A stretch of DNA of 64,000 nucleotides from Candidatus Woesebacteria bacterium (GCA_013426185.1 CP058602.1:546279-610278), one strand, 5' to 3'; counted from the stretch's first letter, positions 1 to 10,180 are shown. Numbers and translations: made by a program. Notes: generated by a model from the sequence alone, not told the origin.

Positions 1-1723
1 TAATTTTATTCTCATTGAGACTTGATTCAATATCACTAAAGAGCTTGTCTTCCAACTCTTTCTTCAAATCAGACAAGACGCTATCGTAATCTTTGGCTGA
101 GACGGCACTAATTTCTCTACTTGATCCACCAGAAAAAGCTTCCTCATTTTTCGCTTCAATAGTACTTAAGGCATAATTGCCCACTGAAAAAGATTCGCCT
201 GAGGCAAGGTTATACTCTGCTCCAATATCAAAAGCGGTAACTGAAGCTTCAGTCTTACTGGGAGTTGAAGCACTACCACTTGCCACTTCTACATCGTCAT
301 CAAGTGTAAAGACAAGACCAGAAGAGCTTTGTAATTTTGTCCCTTTAGTAAGCTTTAATTCGTCCCCTGTGCGATAAATCTGAACCTTACCTTTAGCTTT
401 ATCCCCAACCACCTTAGTTCCTGTAACAGAAATCGTCTTTTCTCCTTTTATCTCTTTTTTAACCTCACGAGCAGACAATATTCTTGAAGAAACATCAAGA
501 GAAGAAATATTCTTATCAAGCTTAAGATCAACACTCTCTTCTATTTTTTGCGGAGAGACGTAAATCTTAACATCAGCAGTCGGCAAAAACCACCAAGCCA
601 GAAATCCTCCTACTAAAAAGGCCAAAAAAGCCAAAAGGCCAAAAATCAAAGGCTTTTTGTCAAAAGCATAGCGAGGACCAGCCAAAACCTTTTTTTCTTT
701 CTTGGGCAACAACCCCTTAAGTTTATTAATAAAGGCCTTAACTGGAGAAACCTTGGAAACTTCATATTCTTCCCGATTTTCAGACTCAATAGCAACCGGC
801 TTCTCTTCTTGCAAAGGAATACCCATTACATCCTCCGAAACTTTCTTTATATCCTCACCCACAACAAACCCCAAGTCTTCATCTACCCTTTCAAAATTAT
901 CTTCTTTAACTTCTGTCTCTACCTTAGGCTCTCTTTTTTCTTCCCTTTCTCCGCCTGCTACTTCAACTTCTTTCGCGCCTTCAAGCTCTACACCACCAGC
1001 AAGCGAAGTAGCCAAGACCTTCTCTTCAGGTCTTATTATCTCAATTTTGGGAGGATGTAGAAACTTAATAGTTTGGTAGCTATCCCAATCAACGCTAATT
1101 AAACTTTGCCTTAAATCTTCAAGCTCTCCCTCTCGGCCGTCATAAAGAATAATTCTGGCAGGCAAAGGTTCATTAAAAGAAAAACGAGACAAGCCTTCAA
1201 CCAAATCCTCCACTAAAGAAACGCTTCTTGAAACTTGAGCTTCCCCTTTGGTTTCGCCGCGAACAACAAGCGATACTCCCAAATCCTCCTCGCCGATAGC
1301 CACAATAGTTGCGCTCAAAAAATCGCCCTCTTGAGACTTTAGATAATAAGCTATAGCTTCGGTCAGGGAAACAAAACCAACAGGCTTTAAAGACAATTCC
1401 TCACATACCTTTTTAATCTGCTCTTGATATTGAGGTTTAATTTGGCCATTTTCTACCCAGCTTGAAGGCAAACCAAAAACTGTTTTTGAAGGTTCTATTT
1501 CCTCATCGGCCAAGTTTTGGATAGCAACTGAAAGAGAAGAATCTATAGTCTCAACCAGATCTTGATCTTTTTGCCAAGAAAGCGGCGCGCCAAAGGAAAC
1601 AACCTCAACTTTCCCTTCTTCAACCTTCCAAATTCCAGATTGCACCCATTCTGATTCAATAACAACAGACCAGTAATGTTCTTTTTCTTCTCCTTTTTTG
1701 GGCAGTATACCTTTTAGATCCAT
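1..1723 (-). CDS. Partial CDS running off the window edge: membrane protein with an FtsA/PilM/GspL-like actin-fold cytoplasmic N-domain, one TM helix and a large extracytoplasmic domain.
   Basis: Hand translation of the minus strand from the ATG at 1723 gives more than 570 codons with no stop before the window edge (the ORF track misses it because no stop lies in the window). The N-terminus MDLKGILPKKGEEKEHYWSVVIESEWVQSGIWKVEEGKVEVVSFGAPLSW resembles the start of an FtsA/PilM fold. A hydrophobic helix PLIFGLLAFLAFLVGGFLAWWFL lies near residue 330. The plus-strand ORFs 177-377, 702-1079 and 809-1060 lie inside it. Confidence 0.5.
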   Translation of the reverse strand, partial: MDLKGILPKKGEEKEHYWSVVIESEWVQSGIWKVEEGKVEVVSFGAPLSWQKDQDLVETIDSSLSVAIQNLADEEIEPSKTVFGLPSSWVENGQIKPQYQEQIKKVCEELSLKPVGFVSLTEAIAYYLKSQEGDFLSATIVAIGEEDLGVSLVVRGETKGEAQVSRSVSLVEDLVEGLSRFSFNEPLPARIILYDGREGELEDLRQSLISVDWDSYQTIKFLHPPKIEIIRPEEKVLATSLAGGVELEGAKEVEVAGGEREEKREPKVETEVKEDNFERVDEDLGFVVGEDIKKVSEDVMGIPLQEEKPVAIESENREEYEVSKVSPVKAFINKLKGLLPKKEKKVLAGPRYAFDKKPLIFGLLAFLAFLVGGFLAWWFLPTADVKIYVSPQKIEESVDLKLDKNISSLDVSSRILSAREVKKEIKGEKTISVTGTKVVGDKAKGKVQIYRTGDELKLTKGTKLQSSSGLVFTLDDDVEVASGSASTPSKTEASVTAFDIGAEYNLASGESFSVGNYALSTIEAKNEEAFSGGSSREISAVSAKDYDSVLSDLKKELEDKLFSDIESSLNENKI

Positions 1724-1755
1724 TGATTAATTAAAGCAGAAAAAAGACTACCAAG

Positions 1756-3585
1756 CTAGCTTTCGGCAACAGCATAAATTCTAATAACACCAGCTCCAAG
1801 TTTTTCCTGCTTAATTATTTTAACACGTCCAATCTCTTTGGTGTTTTTAACATGAGGACCACCACAAACTTCCTTAGAAAAATATTCCCCTTCAGGATCG
1901 CCCACTGTATAAACTTTAACTGTCTTGCCATAACGCTCGGCAAAAAAATGAAGAGCGCCTTCTGATATTGCTTCATCAAGCGGCTTCTCTTCAAAAAAGA
2001 CAGGTAAACCCCTCTTGATAACTTCATTTACCATTTTTTCAACTTTATTAATTTCTTCATCTGTCAGCTTCCTATCAAAAGAAAAGTCAAAGCGCAATCT
2101 CTCGGAAGTTATATTTGAGCCTTTTTGAGAAACGCCTTCTCCCAACACCTTGCGCAAAGCTGAATGAATTAGGTGTGTTGCAGTATGTAATTTGGTAACT
2201 TCAAAAGAATGATCGGCAAGGCCGCCTTTAAAGATTCTTGCTGCTGTTTTTCTTGAAAGCTCTTTATGTTTTTCAAATTCAGACCTAAAAACCTCTTCTG
2301 CCTTCTTGTCAAAATTAATTCCTCTTTGCCCCAAAAACTCAAGTGTCAACTCAAGCGGAAAGCCATCGTTTTGATAAAGGTCAAAAGCCATCTTGCCATC
2401 GACCTTATTACCTTCTGAAATAATCTTGTCCAGCTTTCTTACTCCCTTTTCCATAATTTGCTTGAATTTGGCCTCCTCAAAATTAAGGTTTTCGTCTATA
2501 AAATCCCAATTTTTACTTATCTTCTCTTGTCCCTTTAATGAGGTAGCGATAAAAGAAAGGGCATTGTTTTTCTCTACACCCAAGAAATAAAGATGGAAAA
2601 CTGATTTCCTAATAAGCCTACGCGCCACATAGCCATGAAGCTTATTGGCAGGATAAACTCCTTCAGCAAGAATATTAACAGCAGCCCTTAAGTGATCGGC
2701 TACAATTCTGAAACTTTTATCCTTTTTCTCCTCCTCCCCATAATGAAAAGCTGAAACTTCTTCTATCTTTGATACCAGATCTTTGAGAGTGCCTATTTTA
2801 AAAATATCGTTCTGACTAGAAACTGCCATAGCAATTCTCTCAAGCCCACCACCAAAATCAACATTTTTTTGAGGCAATTCAACCAACTTGCCATTTTTCT
2901 TCTCATACTGGATAAAAACAGAATTGCCTATCTCCAAAAAACGACCGCAATCGCAATTTGGATGGCAACCTGAATGTTGAGGTTTCCCAAAATCATAAAA
3001 AACTTCAGAATCAGGTCCCCCAATTTCTCCCTCAGGCATAAGCTCAGGATCGCCAGACCTACTCCACCAATTTTTTTGAGGCCCATAAAAGAAGATCCTT
3101 TCCTTGGGAATACCCAACTTAAGCCAGATATTGTATGAAGTTTCGTCTCGAGGAACTATTTCTTTTCCTGACTTATCTTTCAAGCCCTCAAAGACAGAAA
3201 CCCAAAGTTTTTCTTTCTTAATTCCAAGCTCTTTGGTAAAAAATTCAAGACACCATGAAAGCTGTTCTTCCTTAAAATAATCACCCAAACTCCAATTTCC
3301 AAGCATTTCAAAAAAGGTGGTATGGCGATTATCTCCAACCTCCTCTATATCCTGAAGTCTTAAAGAAGGCTGGGAATCGCAAAGCCGTCTCCCTAAAGGA
3401 TGCTTTTCGCCCTTAAGGTAAGGTATCAAAGGCTGCATCCCGGCTGAAGTAAAAAGAGTAGTCGGATCTCCTTCCAAAACCAAAGGAGCAGGACTTATTT
3501 CCTTATGCCCCTTCTTTTTGAAAAAATCAAGATATTTTTTCCTAATCTCATCAACACTTACCATTGTGCTTGAATTATATAACAA
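1756..3585 (-). CDS. alaS: Alanyl-tRNA synthetase, short form with catalytic, tRNA-recognition and editing domains but no C-Ala domain.
   Basis: Class II AlaRS motifs FTSAGMQ and HTTFFEMLGNWSLGDYFK are present. Editing-domain motifs HTATHLIHSALRKVLG and CGGPHV are present. The 609 aa length is well short of the usual ~870 aa. Confidence 0.9.
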   Translation of the reverse strand: MLYNSSTMVSVDEIRKKYLDFFKKKGHKEISPAPLVLEGDPTTLFTSAGMQPLIPYLKGEKHPLGRRLCDSQPSLRLQDIEEVGDNRHTTFFEMLGNWSLGDYFKEEQLSWCLEFFTKELGIKKEKLWVSVFEGLKDKSGKEIVPRDETSYNIWLKLGIPKERIFFYGPQKNWWSRSGDPELMPEGEIGGPDSEVFYDFGKPQHSGCHPNCDCGRFLEIGNSVFIQYEKKNGKLVELPQKNVDFGGGLERIAMAVSSQNDIFKIGTLKDLVSKIEEVSAFHYGEEEKKDKSFRIVADHLRAAVNILAEGVYPANKLHGYVARRLIRKSVFHLYFLGVEKNNALSFIATSLKGQEKISKNWDFIDENLNFEEAKFKQIMEKGVRKLDKIISEGNKVDGKMAFDLYQNDGFPLELTLEFLGQRGINFDKKAEEVFRSEFEKHKELSRKTAARIFKGGLADHSFEVTKLHTATHLIHSALRKVLGEGVSQKGSNITSERLRFDFSFDRKLTDEEINKVEKMVNEVIKRGLPVFFEEKPLDEAISEGALHFFAERYGKTVKVYTVGDPEGEYFSKEVCGGPHVKNTKEIGRVKIIKQEKLGAGVIRIYAVAES

Positions 3586-3686
3586 AATAGACCAAACTAC
3601 ACACTAGATCTCTCAGTATAGCCTTTGAATCAGGAAAAAGATTCAAACACCAACTAGATAACTTCGGTCTAAAGTTTGAGGAAAAA

Positions 3687-3929
3687 CTAAAGATTATTCT
3701 CGCCGTGGGATTCCATTTTCTTACCCCTCTTAATCATTTCAATTACTCCTGTTAATTTCTCCGGTTTAATCAAGCCTCCGCCCAAAATTGCATCTTCCAA
3801 GATGCTGTTCAATCTTTTGATTGCCTGCCTTAAATCAGAAATTACCAAAAACACCTGAATACCAACAATCAAAAAAAGGACGGTTAAAGATATTGCTACA
3901 AAGGTAAGAACTTTCTGCGCTGTCTCCAT
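3687..3929 (-). CDS. Small hypothetical membrane protein, 80 aa.
   Basis: ORF lies between alaS and the rodZ-like gene. There is one hydrophobic helix, VLTFVAISLTVLFLIVGIQVFLVI. No recognisable domain. Confidence 0.35.
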   Translation of the reverse strand: METAQKVLTFVAISLTVLFLIVGIQVFLVISDLRQAIKRLNSILEDAILGGGLIKPEKLTGVIEMIKRGKKMESHGENNL

Positions 3930-3930
3930 A

Positions 3931-4554
3931 TTATTCTTCTACATTCAAAGGCCGACTTATTTGTCTTGTTTTACCCGCTCTTGATTTTGCTACAACAAAA
4001 AGCTCTTTTGTATTTTTATCAACCAAAAGCTCTGCTTCAAAACTGCCATCTTGATTAACCACCGCCTGCTGATTGTTAATTATAACAGTCGCATCAGTAT
4101 CCGTCTTCCCTGAAACCAAAACCTCACCCGCCTTTACAGTCTGACCTTCCCTGGGTTCAGACAAAACCAGAGAGGGAGGACTTAAGAAACGATAAGCCTG
4201 ATAGCCCAAGTAGCCGACGATAACAAGAAAAATAAGAATAACAAAAGAAATAAGAGTTAATTTAGGGCTCCAGACGAAACGCTTGAAAGTAGGCGGATTG
4301 GGATTTAAAGAAACTATTTTTGGAGGATAATCGCGGCGCAACAAGGAAACTGCACGGTTAGTATCAACTCCCAAAGTCCTGGCTATATTTTTAACAAACC
4401 CCAAAACAACAGGAAACTCAGGAAGAGACCCCCAATCTTCCTTCTCAAGAGCTTCTATAAATTCTTTTTTAATTTTAGTCTTCCTCTCCAGAGCCTCAAA
4501 GGAAATTTTCCTTGAGACTCTTTCTGTATTTAAAAACCTTCCAATGGTAATCAT
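3931..4554 (-). CDS. RodZ-like cytoskeleton protein: N-terminal XRE-type HTH, a TM segment and a C-terminal extracytoplasmic domain.
   Basis: The N-terminus MITIGRFLNTERVSRKISFEALERKTKIKKEFIEALEKEDW...LGFVKNIARTLGVD matches the RodZ HTH pattern. A TM helix LTLISFVILIFLVIVGYLGY follows. The gene is adjacent to ftsK. Confidence 0.5.
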   Translation of the reverse strand: MITIGRFLNTERVSRKISFEALERKTKIKKEFIEALEKEDWGSLPEFPVVLGFVKNIARTLGVDTNRAVSLLRRDYPPKIVSLNPNPPTFKRFVWSPKLTLISFVILIFLVIVGYLGYQAYRFLSPPSLVLSEPREGQTVKAGEVLVSGKTDTDATVIINNQQAVVNQDGSFEAELLVDKNTKELFVVAKSRAGKTRQISRPLNVEE

Positions 4555-4565
4555 AAGAAATTAAG

Positions 4566-6656
4566 CTAGCTTTTGTTTGAAGAGGCAAGAAAGCTTTCAG
4601 CATCGTCAATCAAAACTTCTCTTGGCTTTGAACCTTCAGCGGGGCCAACTACACCCGCCATTTCAAGCTGATCTATAATTTTGGCAGCGCGCGAATAACC
4701 GATAGAAAGTCTTCTCTGCAAAAGAGAAGTCGAGGCTCTGTCATACTGGCAAACTAACCTAACTGCATCAGGAAATAATTTATCAAGCTCACCGTCAATT
4801 CCGAAAGAAGTACCACTTCCTGATTCTGCCATCTTGGTTGCCTCATCAACATAATCAGGCAAAACACCTTGATTTTTAAGAAAAGAGGTTAAAGCTGTAA
4901 TTTCTTTATCTGAAACAAAGGCTCCTTGAATACGAATCGGCTTTGCCTGTTCAGGAGGTAGATAAAGCATATCTCCACGACCAAGAAGCTTTTCTGCTCC
5001 TGGCGAATCAATGATAACTCTTGAATCAACTTGAGAGGCAACAGCAAAGGCAATACGACAAGGAATATTGGCTTTGATCAAACCTGTAATAATATCAACT
5101 GAAGGCCTTTGGGTTGCCAAAACCATATGAATACCTGTTGCTCGGCTCATCTGGGCAATCCTTGCAATTTTTTCCTCAACCTGAGCTGGCGAAAAAAGCA
5201 TCACCTCAGCCAACTCATCAATAACAAGGACAATATAAGGCAAAGCCTGAAAACCAGACATCTCGTTATAACTGTCTATATTTCTCACTCCAACCTCAGC
5301 AAATTTCTTATAACGCCTCTCCATCTCTTCTAAAACCCACTTCAAAACAGAAACTGTTTCATCAAGATTAACAACAACAGGTGTCAAAAGATGCGGAATA
5401 TCAACATAATGGGTCATCTCTACTCGCTTTGGATCAACCAAAACCAGTTTCACCTCAGAAGGCGAAGTGCGAAACAAAAGGGAAGCTAAAAAAGTGTTAA
5501 TACAGACCGATTTACCAGAACCAGTTTGCCCTGCAATTAAAACATGTGGCATCTTCCCAAGATCGGCAACCACAGGTTTTCCTGAAACATCAAGGCCCAA
5601 AGCAACAAGAAGCCTCGATGGGTTATTTTTCATAACATCTGATTCAAGCATCTTCTTGAGAGAAACAAATTCTGGCATCCTGTTTGGCAATTCCAAACCG
5701 ACAAGACTTCTGCCAGGAATAGGAGCTTCAATTCTAATTGTGCCTGTGGGCGCAGCCAGAGCTAAAGCTAAATCCCGCTCAAGAGCTGTAATTTTTGAAA
5801 GCTTAGTACCTGAGGCGACTTGAATAGCATATTGAGTAACCGCAGGTCCGTAGTTAACCTCAACAACTTTGGCCAAAATGCCAAAATCGTCAAGCGTACG
5901 TTCAATCGTAGCTGCATTTTCATTAACATCGCCACGATCAGCTTTTCCACCTTGGCCTTCACTCAAAAGATCAAGCGGAGGATTATTCCAAGCCCCACTT
6001 TCACCTGGAGTGTTACTCACCAAAGCAGAAGATAGAGTTTTCTGTTGCATCAGCTCAATGTTCTGACTTGGTGTCTCCTGAGGCTTTCTATCGTTTTCAG
6101 GTAGTTTAAAGTTCAGCTTAGACCTAAGATATGGTTTACCCAACTTTACTTTGGAACCCTTTAAAGTCTGCTTTAAGACATCAATCAAATTAACCAAAAA
6201 AGCAATCACCTGCTCAAGAGGAGTGTTGAAAAGAACTATTAAACCTACTATTGAAGTAGTTAAAAGTAAAAGGAAAGAACCGGTCTTGGTTAAAAAAACT
6301 GCCATATTCTCCCAAAAATACTTGCCAATAACACCAGCTCTTCCCAGACTCATCACAGAAACAAAAAAAAGCAGAGCACCAACAACTACATTCGGCTGAG
6401 AAAGAGGAGTTTTAAATTTTGAAACAAGAAGACCAAAAACAATAAAAATAAAAGGCAGAAAAATAGAAGCCCAAGAAAAAAGAGAAATTAAAATATCGTT
6501 AACATATCTTAAAGCTAGACCCTGACGCGAAAAAGAAATAATCACCAAGAAAGCCAGAAGAAAGAAAACAATCTCAGTAATGGAATAGATCACCCCTGGT
6601 TTAAGCTTAACCTTAAACGCCTTTTTTGATTTTATCCTTTTGCTTTTTTTGCTCAT
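4566..6656 (-). CDS. ftsK: DNA translocase FtsK/SpoIIIE.
   Basis: N-terminal polytopic TM region is present. Walker A GQTGSGKSVCINTFLASLLF and the stretch VDPKRVEMTHYVDIPHLLTPVV are near-identical to FtsK. A C-terminal winged-helix gamma domain, LLQRRLSIGYSRAAKIIDQLE, is present. Confidence 0.9.
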   Translation of the reverse strand: MSKKSKRIKSKKAFKVKLKPGVIYSITEIVFFLLAFLVIISFSRQGLALRYVNDILISLFSWASIFLPFIFIVFGLLVSKFKTPLSQPNVVVGALLFFVSVMSLGRAGVIGKYFWENMAVFLTKTGSFLLLLTTSIVGLIVLFNTPLEQVIAFLVNLIDVLKQTLKGSKVKLGKPYLRSKLNFKLPENDRKPQETPSQNIELMQQKTLSSALVSNTPGESGAWNNPPLDLLSEGQGGKADRGDVNENAATIERTLDDFGILAKVVEVNYGPAVTQYAIQVASGTKLSKITALERDLALALAAPTGTIRIEAPIPGRSLVGLELPNRMPEFVSLKKMLESDVMKNNPSRLLVALGLDVSGKPVVADLGKMPHVLIAGQTGSGKSVCINTFLASLLFRTSPSEVKLVLVDPKRVEMTHYVDIPHLLTPVVVNLDETVSVLKWVLEEMERRYKKFAEVGVRNIDSYNEMSGFQALPYIVLVIDELAEVMLFSPAQVEEKIARIAQMSRATGIHMVLATQRPSVDIITGLIKANIPCRIAFAVASQVDSRVIIDSPGAEKLLGRGDMLYLPPEQAKPIRIQGAFVSDKEITALTSFLKNQGVLPDYVDEATKMAESGSGTSFGIDGELDKLFPDAVRLVCQYDRASTSLLQRRLSIGYSRAAKIIDQLEMAGVVGPAEGSKPREVLIDDAESFLASSNKS

Positions 6657-6709
6657 AAGTAAATTATATCAAGAAGATGCGCGAATCTTTAGTTGTAAAA
6701 AGGCAAATA

Positions 6710-8362
6710 TCAAACTTCCGCCACTACAGGCAAGACCATGGGTCTTCTGCCTGTTTCCTTATAAAAATGACGCTCCAAAAAATCAGCAGCCAAATTTTTC
6801 ACCATCCGACGGTCAAGCCCCCTTTTCTTCCTAAGGAAATTTTCAAGCTTTGAAGCCGATTTCTCCAAAAGATCACGACTTCCCTTATCAAAAACAAAGC
6901 CACGACTAATAATTTCAGGTTTGTTGACCAGTCTTCCTTCTGATTCATCAAATTGTAAAAGAACAATGGCAATACCTTCTTTGGCTAAAAGATTTCTATC
7001 GCGCAAAACCACTTGACCCACATCTCCAACTCCAAGACCATCAACTAAAACATTCCTAACCTCAACTTTTTCCCCTTTTTGAGCAGTTTGATTCTTAAAA
7101 TTAACCGACTCCCCTGGTTTAAGCTCAAAGACATTCTCTCTTTTAACACCAACCCCACTTGCCAAATTACTAAAAGCTCTCATATGCCTTATCGTTCCAC
7201 CAATAGGTATTGCATATTTGGGTTTGATAACCGATAAAAGAAGCTTTATATCCTCTTGGCTTGCATGACCTGAGACATGCAAATCTTCCTGAATATCGTA
7301 GTAATGGACTTCAACTTCTGATTCAATCAGTTTATCCACCAAAAAGTCAACATTAGTCTTTGAACCAGGCGGAGCAGGATCTGATGAGAAAATAACCACA
7401 TCACCCTCCTCAATTTTCAAAAAATCGTGCTCCCCTAAAGCCACACGATATAAAGCGCTGCCCGGCTGGCCATAACTACCGGAGATAATAAACATAACCT
7501 CGTCTCTTGGCATTTTTATGGCCTGGCGCGGATCAACAATTAGCCCACCAGGTAAATTAATATAACCCAAATCCTCAGATATCTTAACTTTTGAGTCAAT
7601 GGACCTTCCCACTATTGCCACTTTCCTTCCAAGTCTTGCGGCTACATTAACCGCCTGCTGGATTCTTGAGATATTAGAAGAGATAGTGGTAAAAAAGATT
7701 CTTCCTTTTTTATTAAGAATAATCTTTTCGATTCTTTCTTCTATCCCCTTTTCGCTTTCGGTATAACCAGGTGTGGTTGAACCAAGACAATCTGAAGCAA
7801 CAGCAAGAGCGCCACTTGAGGCTAAGATTGCCATTTTGGCAATATCAAAAGGACGAGCATCAACAGGAGTCCAATCAAATTTATAATCAGCTACATGGAA
7901 AATCTTCCCCTCAGGGGTATCAATAGCAAAGCCAACTCCATCAGGAACTGAATGGGAAATACGAAAAGGAGTAATTTTGAAAACCCCAAGAGAAATATTG
8001 TCTCGTTCAGGATCAAAGACATTTACCTTTACCCCTTTGATATCATAATCTTCTAACTTTTCCTCAATAAAGCCCGCAACTAGTTTAGTGGAAAAAACGG
8101 GAGCCTTTATTTCAGATAGCAAAAATGGCAAGGCACCAATATGGTCTTCGTGTCCATGAGTAATTAGTATCCCCCTCAATTTAGACCTGTTTTTTCTTAT
8201 ATAATCAAAATCGGGAATAACCAAATCAACTCCAAACATCTCAGGCTCGGGAAAACCCACGCCACAATCAACAACGATCAAATCGTTTTCAGATTCATAA
8301 ACATAAAAATTTTCTGTGACCTCAGTCGTTCCTGAGAGTGCGATAAAGCGAATCATAATCAA
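6710..8362 (-). CDS. rnj: Ribonuclease J (metallo-beta-lactamase / beta-CASP).
   Basis: The HGHEDHIGALPFLL zinc motif is present. The beta-CASP region and the C-terminal domain are present. The length of 550 aa is typical. Confidence 0.9.
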   Translation of the reverse strand: MIMIRFIALSGTTEVTENFYVYESENDLIVVDCGVGFPEPEMFGVDLVIPDFDYIRKNRSKLRGILITHGHEDHIGALPFLLSEIKAPVFSTKLVAGFIEEKLEDYDIKGVKVNVFDPERDNISLGVFKITPFRISHSVPDGVGFAIDTPEGKIFHVADYKFDWTPVDARPFDIAKMAILASSGALAVASDCLGSTTPGYTESEKGIEERIEKIILNKKGRIFFTTISSNISRIQQAVNVAARLGRKVAIVGRSIDSKVKISEDLGYINLPGGLIVDPRQAIKMPRDEVMFIISGSYGQPGSALYRVALGEHDFLKIEEGDVVIFSSDPAPPGSKTNVDFLVDKLIESEVEVHYYDIQEDLHVSGHASQEDIKLLLSVIKPKYAIPIGGTIRHMRAFSNLASGVGVKRENVFELKPGESVNFKNQTAQKGEKVEVRNVLVDGLGVGDVGQVVLRDRNLLAKEGIAIVLLQFDESEGRLVNKPEIISRGFVFDKGSRDLLEKSASKLENFLRKKRGLDRRMVKNLAADFLERHFYKETGRRPMVLPVVAEV

Positions 8363-8982
8363 AAAAGAGCCATCTGTTTTTCTTCTTCTTTCTCTTCTTT
8401 TTCTTTTGCCTTATCTAGACTAGCTAGAATCGCAGGCAACTTTAAGAAATCTTCACGCAACTTTACCATAATTTCATTACTTCTTAAAGCAGCAGCTGGG
8501 TGATACATAGGAACAACGGTGATTTCATCATCGCCCCATTTAACTAAAGAAGGATTGCCATGCACTTTACTGATTGCAGCACTGGGCAAAAACTTAGCCA
8601 TAGAAAAACGCCCTAAAGTCACTATTATTTTGGGAGATATTGTTTCAATAATTGCGTCAAGGTAGGGCCTGTAAGCTTCTATTTCTTGAGGAAGAGGATC
8701 GCGATTGTTGGGCGGGCGATGCATCACCACATTGGTAATAAATACTTCCTGCCTTTTGATATTAATCAATTCAAGAAGCTTGTCTAAAAGCCTACCTGCA
8801 GGACTAACAAATGGTTCTGATTTAACATTTTCCCAATAACCAGGGCCTTCTCCAATAAAGAGAATTTCTGCTTCTGGATTACCAACCCCAAAAACAAGAT
8901 TTGTCTCTTTTGTCCTAAGAGGTAATTTATCATCCGCTAAGGCTTTATTTTTAATTTCTTCAAGTTTTGACTTTTTATCCAT
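8359..8982 (-). CDS. Uracil-DNA glycosylase, family 4.
   Basis: Motif A GEGPG(YWEN) and motif B HPAAALR are present, with conserved FVSPAGRLLD. There is a 4-nt overlap with rnj. Confidence 0.8.
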   Translation of the reverse strand: MDKKSKLEEIKNKALADDKLPLRTKETNLVFGVGNPEAEILFIGEGPGYWENVKSEPFVSPAGRLLDKLLELINIKRQEVFITNVVMHRPPNNRDPLPQEIEAYRPYLDAIIETISPKIIVTLGRFSMAKFLPSAAISKVHGNPSLVKWGDDEITVVPMYHPAAALRSNEIMVKLREDFLKLPAILASLDKAKEKEEKEEEKQMALF

Positions 8983-8983
8983 C

Positions 8984-10139
8984 TTACTGGGGCAAAAACT
9001 CTTTCATATTGTCTGTTGTGATATGAAAAGAAGAGGTCTTGCCTTCAACCATCATTCTTGCCACCTTACGAACCACACCGTCAATTGTTCGCTCAAGCGT
9101 TCTAATACCAGCATCATAACCAAGAGGTCTAACAATAACAGGCCAGACATTATCATCTATAACAATGACACTAGGAGAAATACCTGCCGCCTTTAATTTT
9201 TCAGGCAAAACATATTTTGTTGCAATAGCAATCTTCTCACTATCAGTATAAGAAGGCATACTGATCGGCTCAAGCCTGTCCATTACCGCCGTTGCTATAT
9301 TATGAGTATTATTAGCGGTTGCAATAAAAAGTACTTGAGAAAGATCAATCGGGTAATCAATATAGTGATCAACAAAGGCAAAATTTTTGCTTTGGATCCA
9401 AAAGTTCTACCAAAACACCCATAATAGAACTTCTGCCTTCTTCAGTCACACGATCTATCTCATCAAGAAGAATCACAGGATTCATACTTTGAACCGAAAT
9501 CAAAGCCTTAACAATCTTTCCCGGTTCTGATTCAAGATGAAGCCTTGATTGACCCCTCAAATCAAGAGGATCTCCCATTCCACCAAAAGGAATTCTGGCA
9601 AATTTTCTTCCCAAAGCTTCAGCAATTGAGGGAGCAATAGTAGTTTTACCAGTACCAACAAGACCCACGAAAAAGAGAGTCGGTGCTTTTAAAACCTCGT
9701 TCTTTTCCCCTTTTTCAGCCTTAAGCTTCATCACCGACATATATTCAAGAACCCTGTTCTTGATATCTTCAAGCCCATAATGGTGACTATCCAAAATCTG
9801 ACGGGCGCGCTTTAGATCCAGTATATCTTCTGTGGTCTTATTCCACGGCACTTTTGTTACCCAATCAATATAGCGAGCAATGCGATCGTATTCATCAAGA
9901 TATGAAGGCGAATTGACCAATCTATTTAACTGGCCCAATCTAACGCTAATTCTGTCTTTAAGTTCTTGGGGAACAGAAGATGAATCAACTAAACTTTTAA
10001 GCCTCAAGAGTTCACTATCTGTAATTGGCAGGACTTCGTCTACTGTCTCTTTTGGAACGGAAAAGATCTGATTATTATCCTGATCATTATTAACAGGCTT
10101 CGGACTTTTAGTCACAGTATCACTTGAGAATAAACCCAT
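8984..10139 (-). pseudogene. Lon-like AAA+ module, frameshifted; it lacks both the N-terminal LON substrate domain and the C-terminal S16 protease domain.
   Basis: ORF 9369-10139 carries the LonA AAA core (VGLVGTGKTTIAPSIAEALGRKF...ILLDEIDRV...LLDPKQ) and stops. The Lon sequence continues in another frame (FAFVDHYIDYPIDLSQVLFIATANN...) and runs into ORF 8984-9283 (SYTDSEKIAIATKYV...RTLER). The frame break lies in an A4T5 run around 9379-9388. The protein ends exactly where the Lon protease domain would start. Confidence 0.55.
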
Positions 10140-10180
10140 ATCACAAATATAATAACATTATTCAAAAACCCAGTGAAGGC

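Noticed and set aside
177-1079. Plus-strand ORFs 177-377, 702-1079 and 809-1060.
   Set aside because: They lie entirely inside the long open minus-strand frame (1-1723) with a recognisable protein-like sequence. They are low-complexity Ser/Leu/Phe-rich antisense translations.
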